DNA of 64,000 nt from a virus. Location: positions 48,242 through 112,241 of IMG/VR virus record IMGVR_UViG_3300006925_000007. One strand, 5' to 3'. A program made the position numbers and the translations under genes. Positions 1-9,644 of this stretch are shown here, piece after piece; the stretch's first letter is position 1; each line of letters starts with the position of its first letter. Below the pieces are notes generated by a model. The model had not been told where the DNA came from. It was given only the letters and a program-made list of their open reading frames with translations, and made no database searches.

Positions 1-1427
1 AACAATTGACTAGTTGTTGCATAACTACTATCGTTTGTAAATGAACTTACATTAGTTGGTATACGTGCATCAACTCTAGCATTAGTATAATATAAGTTTG
101 TTCCTTCTGTTAAATCAGAAGTAGTCTTAGCGTTAAATATTGTATTAACTCTAGCATCTGTATAATATAAATTTCCGGCTTCTGCAATGTCATCTGTATC
201 TAATGCACCTGTTCCACCTGATACTGATGAATCAACATATGCCTTGGTTGCGGCATGATTGGCACTACTTGGTGCGCCACTTAATGTAAGTGCGCCTGTC
301 ATAGTGTCGCCTGCTTTAGCAACCTTTGTTCCTATTGCTGTAGTTAATGTTGTGCTAAGATTTGGATCATCACCTAATGCTGCGGCTAGTTCGTTTAATG
401 TATCTAATGTTGCTGGTGCTGAATCTACAACACCTGCTACCGCTGTATCAGTGTATGCTTTTGCATCTACTTCGGCTTGGTCTGCATATGATTCATATGC
501 AGTTGTGATTGCTGTTTCTCTTGTATCAGTGTATGCTTTTGCATCTACTTCGGCTTGGTCTGCATATGATTCCATAGCAGTTTGTAGCGAAGTATTTGCA
601 CCTGCCGCCGTTGCTTCTGCCGCCGCCTGGGCTGCATCTGCTTTAGTAGTTGCATCTGCTGCCGCTGTGCTAATTGCATCTGCTTCGGCTTGATCTGCAT
701 ATGTCTGATATGCAGTTGTGATTGCAGTTGTTTGAGCTGTATCTAATGAGGCTGCTGTTGCTGCCGCTGTAGAAATTGCATCTGCTTCTGCCGTATCTGC
801 ATACGATTGAGCTGATGCCAATGCCGCATTTGCTTTAGTAGTTGCATCTGCTGCCGCTGTGCTAATTGCATCTGCTTCGGCTGTATCTGCATATGTTTCT
901 GTGGCATAATTTTTTGTGCCTAATAAAGTGTTTACTCTAGCATCAGTATAATAGAGATTGCCTGCTTCTGCTATGTCGTCTGTATCTAATGAACTTGTTC
1001 CGCTTGATATTGAACTATCTACATATGCTTTAGTAGAGGCATGATTTGCATTAGTAGGTGCACCACTTAATGTTAATGCTCCTGTTAATGTTCCACCTGC
1101 TAATGGTAGCTTAGTGTTAATGTTACCTGTGTTTGTACCAATGTCGGCAGCTAATGCAGATGTTGTTGATGTTAAGGCCGAGACAGCTCTTGCATCTGTA
1201 AAAAATAAATTAGTTGAGCCTTCAGTGACATTATCAGTATTAATTGATGCTTCCGTTAAATCAGCAATATCAACATTTTTTAATGTAATTTTTGGTGGCG
1301 AGGCTCCATCATGTGTAAATACATCTACGCCGCCAATTTGTAATTTATCTAGATTACTATTTGTTTCAATAACCGCTGAAGCGTCTATATCTTGTATTAC
1401 TGTTTGGTTACCAATTTTAAAAGCCAC
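1..1427 (-). CDS. Ala-rich coiled-coil fibre/virion structural protein (runs off the window start)
   Basis: Not in the ORF track because it is truncated. Read manually: GTG at 1427 after GGAG gives MAFKIGNQTVIQDIDASAVIETNSNLDKLQIGG...TDNVTEGSTNLFFTDARA. Shares AKAYTD/ADAISTAAADATTKA repeats and the LDTLNELAAALGDD motif with the gene at 2318-4852. Confidence 0.8.
   Translation of the reverse strand, partial: MAFKIGNQTVIQDIDASAVIETNSNLDKLQIGGVDVFTHDGASPPKITLKNVDIADLTEASINTDNVTEGSTNLFFTDARAVSALTSTTSALAADIGTNTGNINTKLPLAGGTLTGALTLSGAPTNANHASTKAYVDSSISSGTSSLDTDDIAEAGNLYYTDARVNTLLGTKNYATETYADTAEADAISTAAADATTKANAALASAQSYADTAEADAISTAAATAASLDTAQTTAITTAYQTYADQAEADAISTAAADATTKADAAQAAAEATAAGANTSLQTAMESYADQAEVDAKAYTDTRETAITTAYESYADQAEVDAKAYTDTAVAGVVDSAPATLDTLNELAAALGDDPNLSTTLTTAIGTKVAKAGDTMTGALTLSGAPSSANHAATKAYVDSSVSGGTGALDTDDIAEAGNLYYTDARVNTIFNAKTTSDLTEGTNLYYTNARVDARIPTNVSSFTNDSSYATTSQL
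444..571. repeat. 78-bp-period direct repeat (26-aa unit) within fibre gene
   Basis: About 50 identical bp (tgtatcagtgtatgcttttgcatctacttcggcttggtctgcatatgattc) starting at 444 and 522. Confidence 0.85.
630..744. repeat. 115-bp exact repeat, copy 1 (copy 2 at 2900-3014 in a different gene)
   Basis: Base-by-base identity at an offset of 2270. Confidence 0.9.
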
Positions 1428-1451
1428 GTTTAATCTCCATCCTATATTATA

Positions 1452-1459
1452 TATTTATG
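1452..1459 (-). promoter_or_regulatory. T4-like late promoter CATAAATA
   Basis: Motif just upstream of the GTG at 1427; the same motif recurs before most structural genes. Confidence 0.7.
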
Positions 1460-1463
1460 CTTG

Positions 1464-2216
1464 TTATGGAATAAGCTGATATGTAGAAGGAATAAGTTGA
1501 ACCCAATTTGTTCCATTATATCCTTCAAACATTTTTGTTGTTGTATTAAACCACATCATGCCTTCTACTGCTGGAGATGGTCGACCTACTGCCAGTCCTT
1601 TTGGCAATACAAATGTAGTTGTTACTTCAACATCACCAACTAATCCGCCAGTAAATGTAGTGCTTGTGCTTGACACATCTACAATAACTGTGCCAGTGTT
1701 GTTTATAACATCACCACGGAATGTTGCTGGTGTTGAAGCATCACCTGGATTCAATACAATCGATGTTGTGTCTGTTTCATCCGCTAAATTATAGCCAACT
1801 TTATTAGCATATGAAGAGTCTGTATCAGTAAAACTAATAACACCAGTGGAACTATCATAAGACAAACTACCAGTTGCCGAAATGGATGCTCTTGCATCTG
1901 CATCTGTATATTGTGTTGGTAAATTGCCTGCAACAAGTGTATCTGCAGTAAGTGTTCCTACTGTAATACTACCTTTTGTAATTGCACTTGCATTTATACT
2001 ATTAAGTGATTGTGGCGTTAATTCAACTGAATCAATTAGTAGAAATGTATTTGTTTCGTGATCTCTAACAAAGCCGGCATAAGTTATAGAGCCGATTTTG
2101 CCCAACCACCCTACGTCTGTTGGTAAGCTACTATCTTTATTCAGTATAAGTAATGGATCATTAAATCCAACGTCATTACTTATAAGATTAGTTGATTGTA
2201 TTCCTCTGAATGCCAT
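1464..2216 (-). CDS. Virion structural/short fibre-like protein
   Basis: 250 aa. YTDADARASISATGSLSYDSSTGVISF motif resembles a segment of the 5013-9503 protein; C-terminal RPSPAVEGMMWFNTTTKMFEGYNGTNW module typical of marine T4-like phage fibre proteins. Confidence 0.65.
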   Translation of the reverse strand: MAFRGIQSTNLISNDVGFNDPLLILNKDSSLPTDVGWLGKIGSITYAGFVRDHETNTFLLIDSVELTPQSLNSINASAITKGSITVGTLTADTLVAGNLPTQYTDADARASISATGSLSYDSSTGVISFTDTDSSYANKVGYNLADETDTTSIVLNPGDASTPATFRGDVINNTGTVIVDVSSTSTTFTGGLVGDVEVTTTFVLPKGLAVGRPSPAVEGMMWFNTTTKMFEGYNGTNWVQLIPSTYQLIP

Positions 2217-2241
2217 TTAAATTCTCTCTATGTTATGTTAG

Positions 2242-2249
2242 TATTTATC
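2242..2249 (-). promoter_or_regulatory. Late promoter GATAAATA
   Basis: Motif upstream of the ATG at 2216. Confidence 0.7.
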
Positions 2250-2270
2250 AATAAAAGAAATGTTAGTCAT

Positions 2271-2299
2271 AAAAAAAGCAGTGCCTAAGCACTGCTTTT
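2271..2299 (-). terminator. Intrinsic terminator (possibly bidirectional)
   Basis: AAAAGCAGTGC-ctaa-GCACTGCTTTT perfect stem with an A7 run (U-tract on minus), downstream of the stop at 2318. Confidence 0.85.
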
Positions 2300-2317
2300 A
2301 ATGTTAGTAATTTAAAA

Positions 2318-4852
2318 TTACTTTTTAAGTTCTTTAACTTCTGCTGATAGTTCTTTAACCGCTTCAATTAATAGACCTGTAATGTTACCATAAGCAACAT
2401 GATGTAAACCGTTTGCATCTGTGTGAACTGCTTCAGGTAATACTGCGTTTAATTCCTGAGCAACAACACCTGTTGATACTGAACCGTCTTCTAGTCTTTC
2501 AAAAGTAACACCGCGAACTGCTTCAACTCTATTTAGAGCGTTGTCAATTGTTTGGATGTTAGTTTTCAAACTCTCATCTGAGTAAGCTGTAATATCACCT
2601 GTTGCTGTAAAGCCACCTGTGAATGAACCTGACATTGCAATATCGTTTGCATTAACAGTAATACCGTTACCTGCAATTGCATTTAATGTAACACTTGAGT
2701 TTCCAGTTTGGTTAGCAGTGAATGATCCACCACCTGTCATACCAGCACCTGCTGTTACTGTCATTGTTCCATCACCAATTGTCAATCCACTAATAGCTGC
2801 TGAAAGTTCAGCATCTGTTGCCATTGCGTCTTGGATTTCTTTTAGTGTATCAAAAGCCGCGCCTGCACCGTTAGTTACGTCTGAAACTGCTGCTGCTCTG
2901 GCTGCATCTGCTTTAGTAGTTGCATCTGCTGCCGCTGTGCTAATTGCATCTGCTTCGGCTTGATCTGCATATGTCTGATATGCAGTTGTGATTGCAGTTG
3001 TTTGAGCTGTATCTTTAGCTGTTGCATCTGCACTTGCTGTTGCTTCTGCTGCCGCCTGGGCTGCATCTGCTTTAGTAGTTGCATCTGCTGCCGCTGTGCT
3101 AATTGCATCTGCTTCTGCCGTATCTGCATAAGTTTCTAATGCAGTTGTTTGTGCCGCATCTGCTGCCGCCCAAGCTGTATTAATTGCAGCTTCTCTTGTA
3201 TCAGTATATGCTTTTGCATCTACTTCGGCTGCGTCTGCTTTAGATGTTGCATCTGCTGCCGCTGTGCTAATTGCATCTGCCTCAGCTGCGTCTGCCTTAG
3301 TAGTTGCGTCTGCTGCCGCTGTGCTAATTGCATCTGCTTCGGCATTATCTGCATATGTTCTGTATGCTGATGTAATTGCTACTTCACGTGCATCAATATA
3401 TGAATGTTCAGCATCTGCTTTAGTAGTTGCATCTGTTGCCGCTGCTGCCTGAGCCGCATTTGCTTTAGTAGTTGCATCTGCTGCCGCTGTGCTAATTGCA
3501 TCTGCTTCGGCTTGATCTGCTTTAGTAGTTGCATCACTTGCCGCTGTGCTAATTGCATCTGCTTCGGCTTGATCTGCATACGATTGAGCTGATGATAATG
3601 TTGCCGCATCCTGTGTGTCAACATATGTAGTTGCTGCTTTTAGACCCAATGCTGTAGTCATTGTTGCACTAAAGTTAGCATCATCACCTAACGCTGCCGC
3701 TAGTTCATTTAACGTATCAATTGCACCTGGTGCCGAGTCAACTAAGTTAGCAACTTCAGTATCAGTATATGAAGCAGCTGCTGTTTGTGCCGCATTTGCT
3801 TTAGCTGTTGCGTCTGCACTTGCTGTTGCTTCTGCTGCCGTTTGGGCTGCACTTGCTTTAGTAGATGCGTCTGCACTTGCAGTTGAAATTGCATCTGCTT
3901 CGGCTGTATCTGCGTAAGTTTGCATTGCAGTTGTTACTGCTGCGTCACCTGCCGCCCAAGCAGTATTAATGCTTGAAGTTTGTGCCGTATCTGCCGCTGC
4001 CCATGCCGTATTAATTGCTGTTTCACGTGTGTCAGTGTATGCTTTAGCGTCTGTTTCTGCCGTATCTGCATATGATTCATATGCAGTTGTGATTGCTGTT
4101 TCTCTTGTATCAGTATATGCTTTAGCGTCTGCTTCGGCTGTATCTGCATAAGTTTCTAATGCAGTTGTTTGAGCTGTATCTGCCGCTGCCCATGCCGTAT
4201 TAATAGCCGTATCAGCCGCTGCAAATTCAGTGCGGATAGCCGCTCTGTCTGTAGATGCTGATGCTAAAGCTGTAGTAATAGTTGCCGCATAGTTGGCGTC
4301 ATCGCCTAATGCATTTGCTATTTCATTCAAAGTATCTAAGGCGCCTGGCGCTCCATTTACTAAGTCTGAAATTGCATCATCAACATAAGATTTATTTGCA
4401 CCATCTGTTGCTGCTGTAGGAGTTCCTACATTAACAATTTTATTTGAATCTGCATCAATTTTATCACCAAATACAACCGCTGTTCCACCTGCGTCAGTAA
4501 TTTTCTTACCTGATCCCATTTGTAACGTTTGTTGGACTGAAATTGGTTGATCTGAAGCAAATGCAATTTGTCCAGATCCTGTAGTTCTTGTTAATAGACC
4601 TTGGTTGTTGTCCGCCGATACGACGATTGTTCCAGAGTCTGAGTGAAGGACTTTTTGTCCATCAACATATAATGAGCCTTGTGATAAAAACAAGTCTCGC
4701 CATTTCTTCGTTGTTGAGCCTAAATCGTAACCTGTGGTTCCATCAGAGTCAACAGTTGGAAGAATGTGGCCGGTCATTTCCAGATTAGCTGATATGCTTG
4801 AATCATCGCTAGTTTGGAAGCCGCCGTCGATTATAAATTTTTTCTGTGCCAT
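2318..4852 (-). CDS. Tail fibre with Ala-rich coiled-coil shaft and C-terminal intramolecular chaperone (Peptidase S74-like)
   Basis: C-terminus YSDESLKTNIQTI...GVVAQEL...LPEAV...VAYGNITGLLIEAVKEL matches the S74 autocleaving chaperone pattern; LDTLNEIANALGDD fibre motifs; 19-aa repeats. Confidence 0.85.
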   Translation of the reverse strand: MAQKKFIIDGGFQTSDDSSISANLEMTGHILPTVDSDGTTGYDLGSTTKKWRDLFLSQGSLYVDGQKVLHSDSGTIVVSADNNQGLLTRTTGSGQIAFASDQPISVQQTLQMGSGKKITDAGGTAVVFGDKIDADSNKIVNVGTPTAATDGANKSYVDDAISDLVNGAPGALDTLNEIANALGDDANYAATITTALASASTDRAAIRTEFAAADTAINTAWAAADTAQTTALETYADTAEADAKAYTDTRETAITTAYESYADTAETDAKAYTDTRETAINTAWAAADTAQTSSINTAWAAGDAAVTTAMQTYADTAEADAISTASADASTKASAAQTAAEATASADATAKANAAQTAAASYTDTEVANLVDSAPGAIDTLNELAAALGDDANFSATMTTALGLKAATTYVDTQDAATLSSAQSYADQAEADAISTAASDATTKADQAEADAISTAAADATTKANAAQAAAATDATTKADAEHSYIDAREVAITSAYRTYADNAEADAISTAAADATTKADAAEADAISTAAADATSKADAAEVDAKAYTDTREAAINTAWAAADAAQTTALETYADTAEADAISTAAADATTKADAAQAAAEATASADATAKDTAQTTAITTAYQTYADQAEADAISTAAADATTKADAARAAAVSDVTNGAGAAFDTLKEIQDAMATDAELSAAISGLTIGDGTMTVTAGAGMTGGGSFTANQTGNSSVTLNAIAGNGITVNANDIAMSGSFTGGFTATGDITAYSDESLKTNIQTIDNALNRVEAVRGVTFERLEDGSVSTGVVAQELNAVLPEAVHTDANGLHHVAYGNITGLLIEAVKELSAEVKELKK
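2900..3014. repeat. 115-bp exact repeat, copy 2 (copy 1 at 630-744)
   Basis: Identical to 630-744. Confidence 0.9.
3461..3577. repeat. 57-bp tandem repeat (19-aa ADQAEADAISTAA[S/A]DATTK unit)
   Basis: Units begin at 3461 and 3518; further degenerate copies across about 2900-3910. Confidence 0.85.
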
Positions 4853-4962
4853 ATTTTAATTTTCCTTTTTCGCGAAAAACGGATCTACATTGAGTAGCAA
4901 TGTATTTACCGTTATCTTTAACATATTAAATGCTTTTATATTCATAATATACTTAACCTCTA

Positions 4963-4994
4963 ATATGGGGTGCAACCTCGGGCTGCACCCTATT
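4963..4994 (-). terminator. Hairpin, probable terminator or RNA stabiliser
   Basis: GGGTGCAGCC-cga-GGTTGCACCC on minus just after the stop at 5013; the U-tract is weak. Confidence 0.55.
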
Positions 4995-5012
4995 AATATT
5001 GGTTACCTCAAC

Positions 5013-8000
5013 TTACACATCAATGTATGTTGAAATAACTTTTACTGTTGCTGTTCCTGAGTTAGTTGTATAGGTTAACTCTACGTTAGCTCCGTTCATG
5101 TCAACACTTGCGTCACCCACTAAGCTAGAACCTGTATACACCATCGCATATTCTGTGATGTATGCTGTAGTTCCATCGTGTGTAACTAGTGCTTCACGTG
5201 TTTCGTAATTTCCATTACCATCGTCTGCTTGTATAATATACTTCGCTGAACGATATGTTGCTTTAGCAAAGGTATCGATTACATCTCCACCTGTTGTAGT
5301 TGAAACATTCGAACCTTGCACGTATGCTTTGATATCAGCTGATAATTTATCAGTTGTTACCTGTCCTGCTGTTAGCGTTGGTGATAGTCCTACTTGAGGA
5401 GCAATAACAACTGCTTGTGTGCCTACCGGCATTGCAGATGTTAATGTAATCACTTGGCTAGCAATTGTATAGTGTGTAACTGGATCCTGAATAACACCGC
5501 CAACAAATACAAATGCATCCGCTTGATTAATATCTTGCGTTAATGCAAATTGTGTTGCAACACCGTCACCTGCAATAGTTTGACGGAAGTTGTTAGTGAA
5601 TATCAATGAAGGATCTTTAAGTTCCATACCATCTTCGTTTGAATTAACAGTTAAAACATATCCATCTTTGTTAGTATATGCTGTGTCGCTTACATCTGTT
5701 AAATCTAGGACTGTTTTATCAGTATCAACGCTAATAACACCTGTGCTATTGTTATAACTTACTAAACCATCGCCTGCTGTATCTGTTACAGATATAGCTG
5801 CTCTTGATCTAGCATCAGTGTAATATAGGTTTGAACCTTCAGCTAAGTCGTCTGTGTCAAAGTTTGACAAGTCTAGTGCAGAAACTGCCGCATCTAGTTG
5901 ACTTTTGTTGATGGCATCGCCTGCCGCTGTTCCGTTTGCAAGTCCAGTTACTTTATTGCTACCCATTGCAATATCACCCGACATAGTTCCACCAGCAAGT
6001 GCTAGTTTAAGGTCGATGTTTGATTGTAATGTAGTATCTGCTGCCTTATAAGCTGTATCTAACGCCGTATCTGCCGCTGCACGATCAATTAGCTCTTGAG
6101 CTAAGCCTGCCGTGTTAGTTGCAATATCAGTTGCGTTAGCATTTACTAGTCCAGTCAATGTGCTATCAGCACCTTGGAATGCAGTTACAATTTCTGTAAG
6201 TGAATCTAGTGCTGCTGGATCAGTGTTGCTTAGAATACCTGCAATTGCTGTTGCGTTTACCGCCTCTGCCGCTTGTGCTCTTGTGGCTTCTGCTGCAATT
6301 GAGGCTGCGTTAGTTACAACGTCTGCTGCAATGGCGTTTTCTGCCGTTGTAGCTCTTGTTGTTTCTGCCGCAATTGCGTTAGCATTTGCAACTTCTGCCG
6401 CACGTGCTGTAGTTGCCTCTGCCGCTACCGCAGTAGTTCTGTCAGTAACTTCTTGTGCAATAGCATCTGCGTTTGCTTTAGCTTGTGCATCAAGTAATAA
6501 GTCAACTGCTTTTAAGTTAGAACCAGCATCAATGTAGTTTGAACCACTGTGTGCTGTATATGTTCCGTCTAAGTTCAGTCCACCACTTGCCTGTGTTGCT
6601 GTAATTTCTAACAAGTTAGCCGCTGCCGATGCCGCATTTGCCTGCTCAGCCGCTCTGGCTGTTGATGCCTCTGCTGCTAAACCGTTTGTAAGAACTAATT
6701 CTGCCGCTTCTGCTCTAGTCTTTTCAGTTAGAACTTCTGCATCAGTATAAGTTGCCGCTGCCGTAATAGCATCTGCTTCTGCCGTATCTGCATACGATTG
6801 TAAAGCTGTTGTTTGGGCTGCGTCTGCTGCCGTAAATGCACTTGTTACTACTACGTCTGCCGCAATATAAGCCGCTGTAACAACACCGTCAGCTGCTGCA
6901 AATTCTGTGCGAATTGCCGCTCTGTCTGTGTTTGCTGCCGCTAAGTTAGTATCAACTTCACCGTGAACTTCGTTTACTGCTGCAACTAAATCAGATGCTG
7001 TAGTATTTAAGTTACCAATTGTGCCTATATTAGTAGTATTAGTGTTTACTTCACCATGCACTTCGTTAATAGCACCAACAAGTGTTGTTGCTGTTGTGTC
7101 TAGTGATTGTCCACCTGTTGAAACTACTGCTTCTAAACTATCTAAACGACCTTCTGCTGCGTCCATTTCTGTTTCTAGTGTTACAATGTCAGCTTCGTTA
7201 GTTGTTAAACGTGTTCCGTTAGCTGTAATTAGACCTTGTAAAGTTGAATCAGCGGCTGCAAAAGCATCACCAATTTCTTTTAATGTGTCTAATGCACCAT
7301 CGGCATTTAACAAGATAGCGTCAACACGAGCTGATTCAGTATCAATGTTACTTTGTAACGTTGCGTCTGCTGCCGCTCTGGCTGTTGATTCAGTTGTAAT
7401 AGCTGCTGCGTTTGTAGAACCAGTTACTGTGTTAGCGTCTACGTCTGTGCGTAAACCTGCTTCAATACCAGTTGCACGTGTTACTTCATTTGTAATAGCA
7501 GTAGTGTTTGCACCTTCTGCCGCTCTAGCAGTTGTGGCTTCCGCCGCAATTGCGTTTGCGTTTACAAGTTCTGCTGCTCTGGCTGTTGTAGCTTCTGCTG
7601 TAATGTTAGCTTGTAACGTGTTATCTGCAGATGTTCTATCTGTAACTTCTTGTGCAATTGCTGCCGTGTTAGTTGCAATGTCACTTGTGTTAGTTGATAT
7701 GTCACCAGCGTTAGCTGTTACTTGAAGTTGAATAGCTGCGTCTGCCGCCTTATAAGCTGTATCTAGAGCCGTGTCAGCTGTTTGAAACGCTGTAGTTACT
7801 GCCGCGTCACCACTATCAATACGAGCTTTTACAGTGTTACCATTTGTTCCGTCTACAGTTGCATCACCAATTAGTGCTGCGTCTTCTGTATCTGCATGTG
7901 CAATCGCTGCCGCCTGTGCCGCGTTTGCTTTAGTAGTTGCGTCTGCTGCCGCTGTTGCCACAGATGCCGCATCACCACTAATTCTTGCAGTTTCTTCTGC

Positions 8001-9503
8001 AGTGATATTAGTTTGTAATGTAGTGTCTGCTGATGCACGTGAAGCCGCTTCAGTGTTGATATTACCTTGTAATGTAGTATCAGCACTTGCTCTTGCAGTT
8101 GCTTCAGTTGAGATAGCTGTAGTATTTGACGCAATTAAGGCACTAAAGTTACTGTCAGCTGCCTGGAACGCCGCTACAATTTCTGTTAACGAGTCTAATG
8201 CTGCTGGATCTGTATTGCTGATAATGTCATCAATACGTGCTGTTTCTGTGTCAATGTTTCCTTGTAGAACACCTTCGCGTGTGTCTGTGTATGCTTTTGC
8301 GTCTACTTCGGCTTGGTCAGCATATGCTTCCCAGGCTGTAGTATTTGCAGTTGTTTGAGCTGTGTCAGCCGCTGCCCACGCCGTATTAATACTTGTAGTT
8401 TGTGCCGCATCTGCTGCCGCCCAAGCTGTATTAATTGCTGTTTCACGTGTGTCAGTGTATGCTTTAGCATCTACTTCTGCTTGATCGGCATATGCCTCCC
8501 ACGCTGTAGTATTTGCTGTTGTCTGAGCCGTATCTGCTGCCGCAAAATCAGTTCTGATACTTGTATCAGCGTTCTGTCTTGCAGTTTCTTCAGAAGCGAT
8601 ATCAGCCGCGTTTGCCGCCTCAGCTCCTCTGGCAGTAGTTGCCTCTGCCGCTAAATTTGTTGTTAAGGTTGAGATATCTGCGTTAGTGGCTGAAATTTCA
8701 GCTGCTAATCCATTTGTTAATGTTGTGATATCACCTTCATTTGCAGTAACACGAACGTCTAAGGCATTATCTGCCGCTGTTCTTAATCCTGCTTCAGTAA
8801 CTACCGCTGCTGCGTTAGTTGCCTCAACTCCTTGTGCTCTAGTAATCTCAGCCGCAATATCACTTGCGTTTTGAGTTTCAGCTGCTGTTGCTCTAGTAAC
8901 CTCATTTGAGATTGCTGTGGCGTTTGCTGCAATACCTGCCGTAAATACTGAGTCTGCACTTTGGAATGCAGTTACAATTTCACTAAGCGAGTCTAGTGCT
9001 GCTGGATCTGTGTTACCTATAATATTTGTAATCTGTGTTTGTAATGCCGTATCTGCTGCCTTATAAGCTGTATCTAGGGCACTCTCAGCCGCTAATGCAC
9101 GTGTTTCCTCGTTTGAGATAGCAGTGGTGTTTGCACCTTCTGCCGCACGAGCCGTAGTAGCTTCGTTTGTAATTGCTGTTGTATTAGCCGATTCTGCTGC
9201 TGTGGCGCGATTCGTTTCTACTAAAACTGCTGCTGCGATATCTGAAGCAACTGCTGTCTTGGCTCTAGCATCAGTAAAGTATAAGTTTGAGCCTTCTGAT
9301 AAATCATCGGTATCATATGAACCAATAAGATCAGCTGCTGAAACTTTCTTCAAAGATGATGAAGCTGCGACGTGTAATAGAATTGTATCTAACGAATTAA
9401 CTGAACTTGCACCTGTTTGGCCAGAAACGGATGCTGCGTCTAGTTTGGATTCGGTTACTGATGCGTTAGCAAGAGCCGGCGTTTTTATTTGTCTAAAAGC
9501 CAT
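5013..9503 (-). CDS. Long Ala/Thr-rich coiled-coil fibre protein (~1496 aa)
   Basis: ORF track gives 5013-9518; ATG at 9503 (MAFRQIK) follows GGAG. Repeated AEATTARAAE and TDPAALDSLTEIV motifs, a YadA-neck-like KVTGLANGTAAGDAINKSQL, and a beta-rich C-terminus. Confidence 0.8.
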   Translation of the reverse strand: MAFRQIKTPALANASVTESKLDAASVSGQTGASSVNSLDTILLHVAASSSLKKVSAADLIGSYDTDDLSEGSNLYFTDARAKTAVASDIAAAVLVETNRATAAESANTTAITNEATTARAAEGANTTAISNEETRALAAESALDTAYKAADTALQTQITNIIGNTDPAALDSLSEIVTAFQSADSVFTAGIAANATAISNEVTRATAAETQNASDIAAEITRAQGVEATNAAAVVTEAGLRTAADNALDVRVTANEGDITTLTNGLAAEISATNADISTLTTNLAAEATTARGAEAANAADIASEETARQNADTSIRTDFAAADTAQTTANTTAWEAYADQAEVDAKAYTDTRETAINTAWAAADAAQTTSINTAWAAADTAQTTANTTAWEAYADQAEVDAKAYTDTREGVLQGNIDTETARIDDIISNTDPAALDSLTEIVAAFQAADSNFSALIASNTTAISTEATARASADTTLQGNINTEAASRASADTTLQTNITAEETARISGDAASVATAAADATTKANAAQAAAIAHADTEDAALIGDATVDGTNGNTVKARIDSGDAAVTTAFQTADTALDTAYKAADAAIQLQVTANAGDISTNTSDIATNTAAIAQEVTDRTSADNTLQANITAEATTARAAELVNANAIAAEATTARAAEGANTTAITNEVTRATGIEAGLRTDVDANTVTGSTNAAAITTESTARAAADATLQSNIDTESARVDAILLNADGALDTLKEIGDAFAAADSTLQGLITANGTRLTTNEADIVTLETEMDAAEGRLDSLEAVVSTGGQSLDTTATTLVGAINEVHGEVNTNTTNIGTIGNLNTTASDLVAAVNEVHGEVDTNLAAANTDRAAIRTEFAAADGVVTAAYIAADVVVTSAFTAADAAQTTALQSYADTAEADAITAAATYTDAEVLTEKTRAEAAELVLTNGLAAEASTARAAEQANAASAAANLLEITATQASGGLNLDGTYTAHSGSNYIDAGSNLKAVDLLLDAQAKANADAIAQEVTDRTTAVAAEATTARAAEVANANAIAAETTRATTAENAIAADVVTNAASIAAEATRAQAAEAVNATAIAGILSNTDPAALDSLTEIVTAFQGADSTLTGLVNANATDIATNTAGLAQELIDRAAADTALDTAYKAADTTLQSNIDLKLALAGGTMSGDIAMGSNKVTGLANGTAAGDAINKSQLDAAVSALDLSNFDTDDLAEGSNLYYTDARSRAAISVTDTAGDGLVSYNNSTGVISVDTDKTVLDLTDVSDTAYTNKDGYVLTVNSNEDGMELKDPSLIFTNNFRQTIAGDGVATQFALTQDINQADAFVFVGGVIQDPVTHYTIASQVITLTSAMPVGTQAVVIAPQVGLSPTLTAGQVTTDKLSADIKAYVQGSNVSTTTGGDVIDTFAKATYRSAKYIIQADDGNGNYETREALVTHDGTTAYITEYAMVYTGSSLVGDASVDMNGANVELTYTTNSGTATVKVISTYIDV

Positions 9504-9591
9504 GTTAGATTTCTCCAATCAATATATTGATAAAAACATATAAATTCTTTTATATGCCCAAGACAATGAGCTCACACTCATTGCATAATGT

Positions 9592-9641
9592 TATTTATCA
9601 ATATATTGTGAAGATTATAACGTATGAAAATGATATTTATG
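9592..9641 (-). promoter_or_regulatory. Two late promoter motifs (GATAAATA 9592-9599; CATAAATA 9634-9641)
   Basis: Motifs in the intergenic gap upstream of 9503. Confidence 0.6.
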
Positions 9642-9644
9642 ACT

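Noticed and set aside
2900-4200. Possible CRISPR array or diversity-generating retroelement template/variable repeat pair
   Set aside because: Repeats are in-frame coding units with no unique spacers; no adenine-specific mismatch pattern and no reverse transcriptase or cas gene in the window.
259-9543. Numerous plus-strand Ala/Val/Ser-rich and Cys-rich ORFs, and short off-frame minus-strand ORFs, over the fibre genes
   Set aside because: Antisense or off-frame shadows of repetitive GCN/ACN codons; no RBS or promoter support and fully overlapping real genes.
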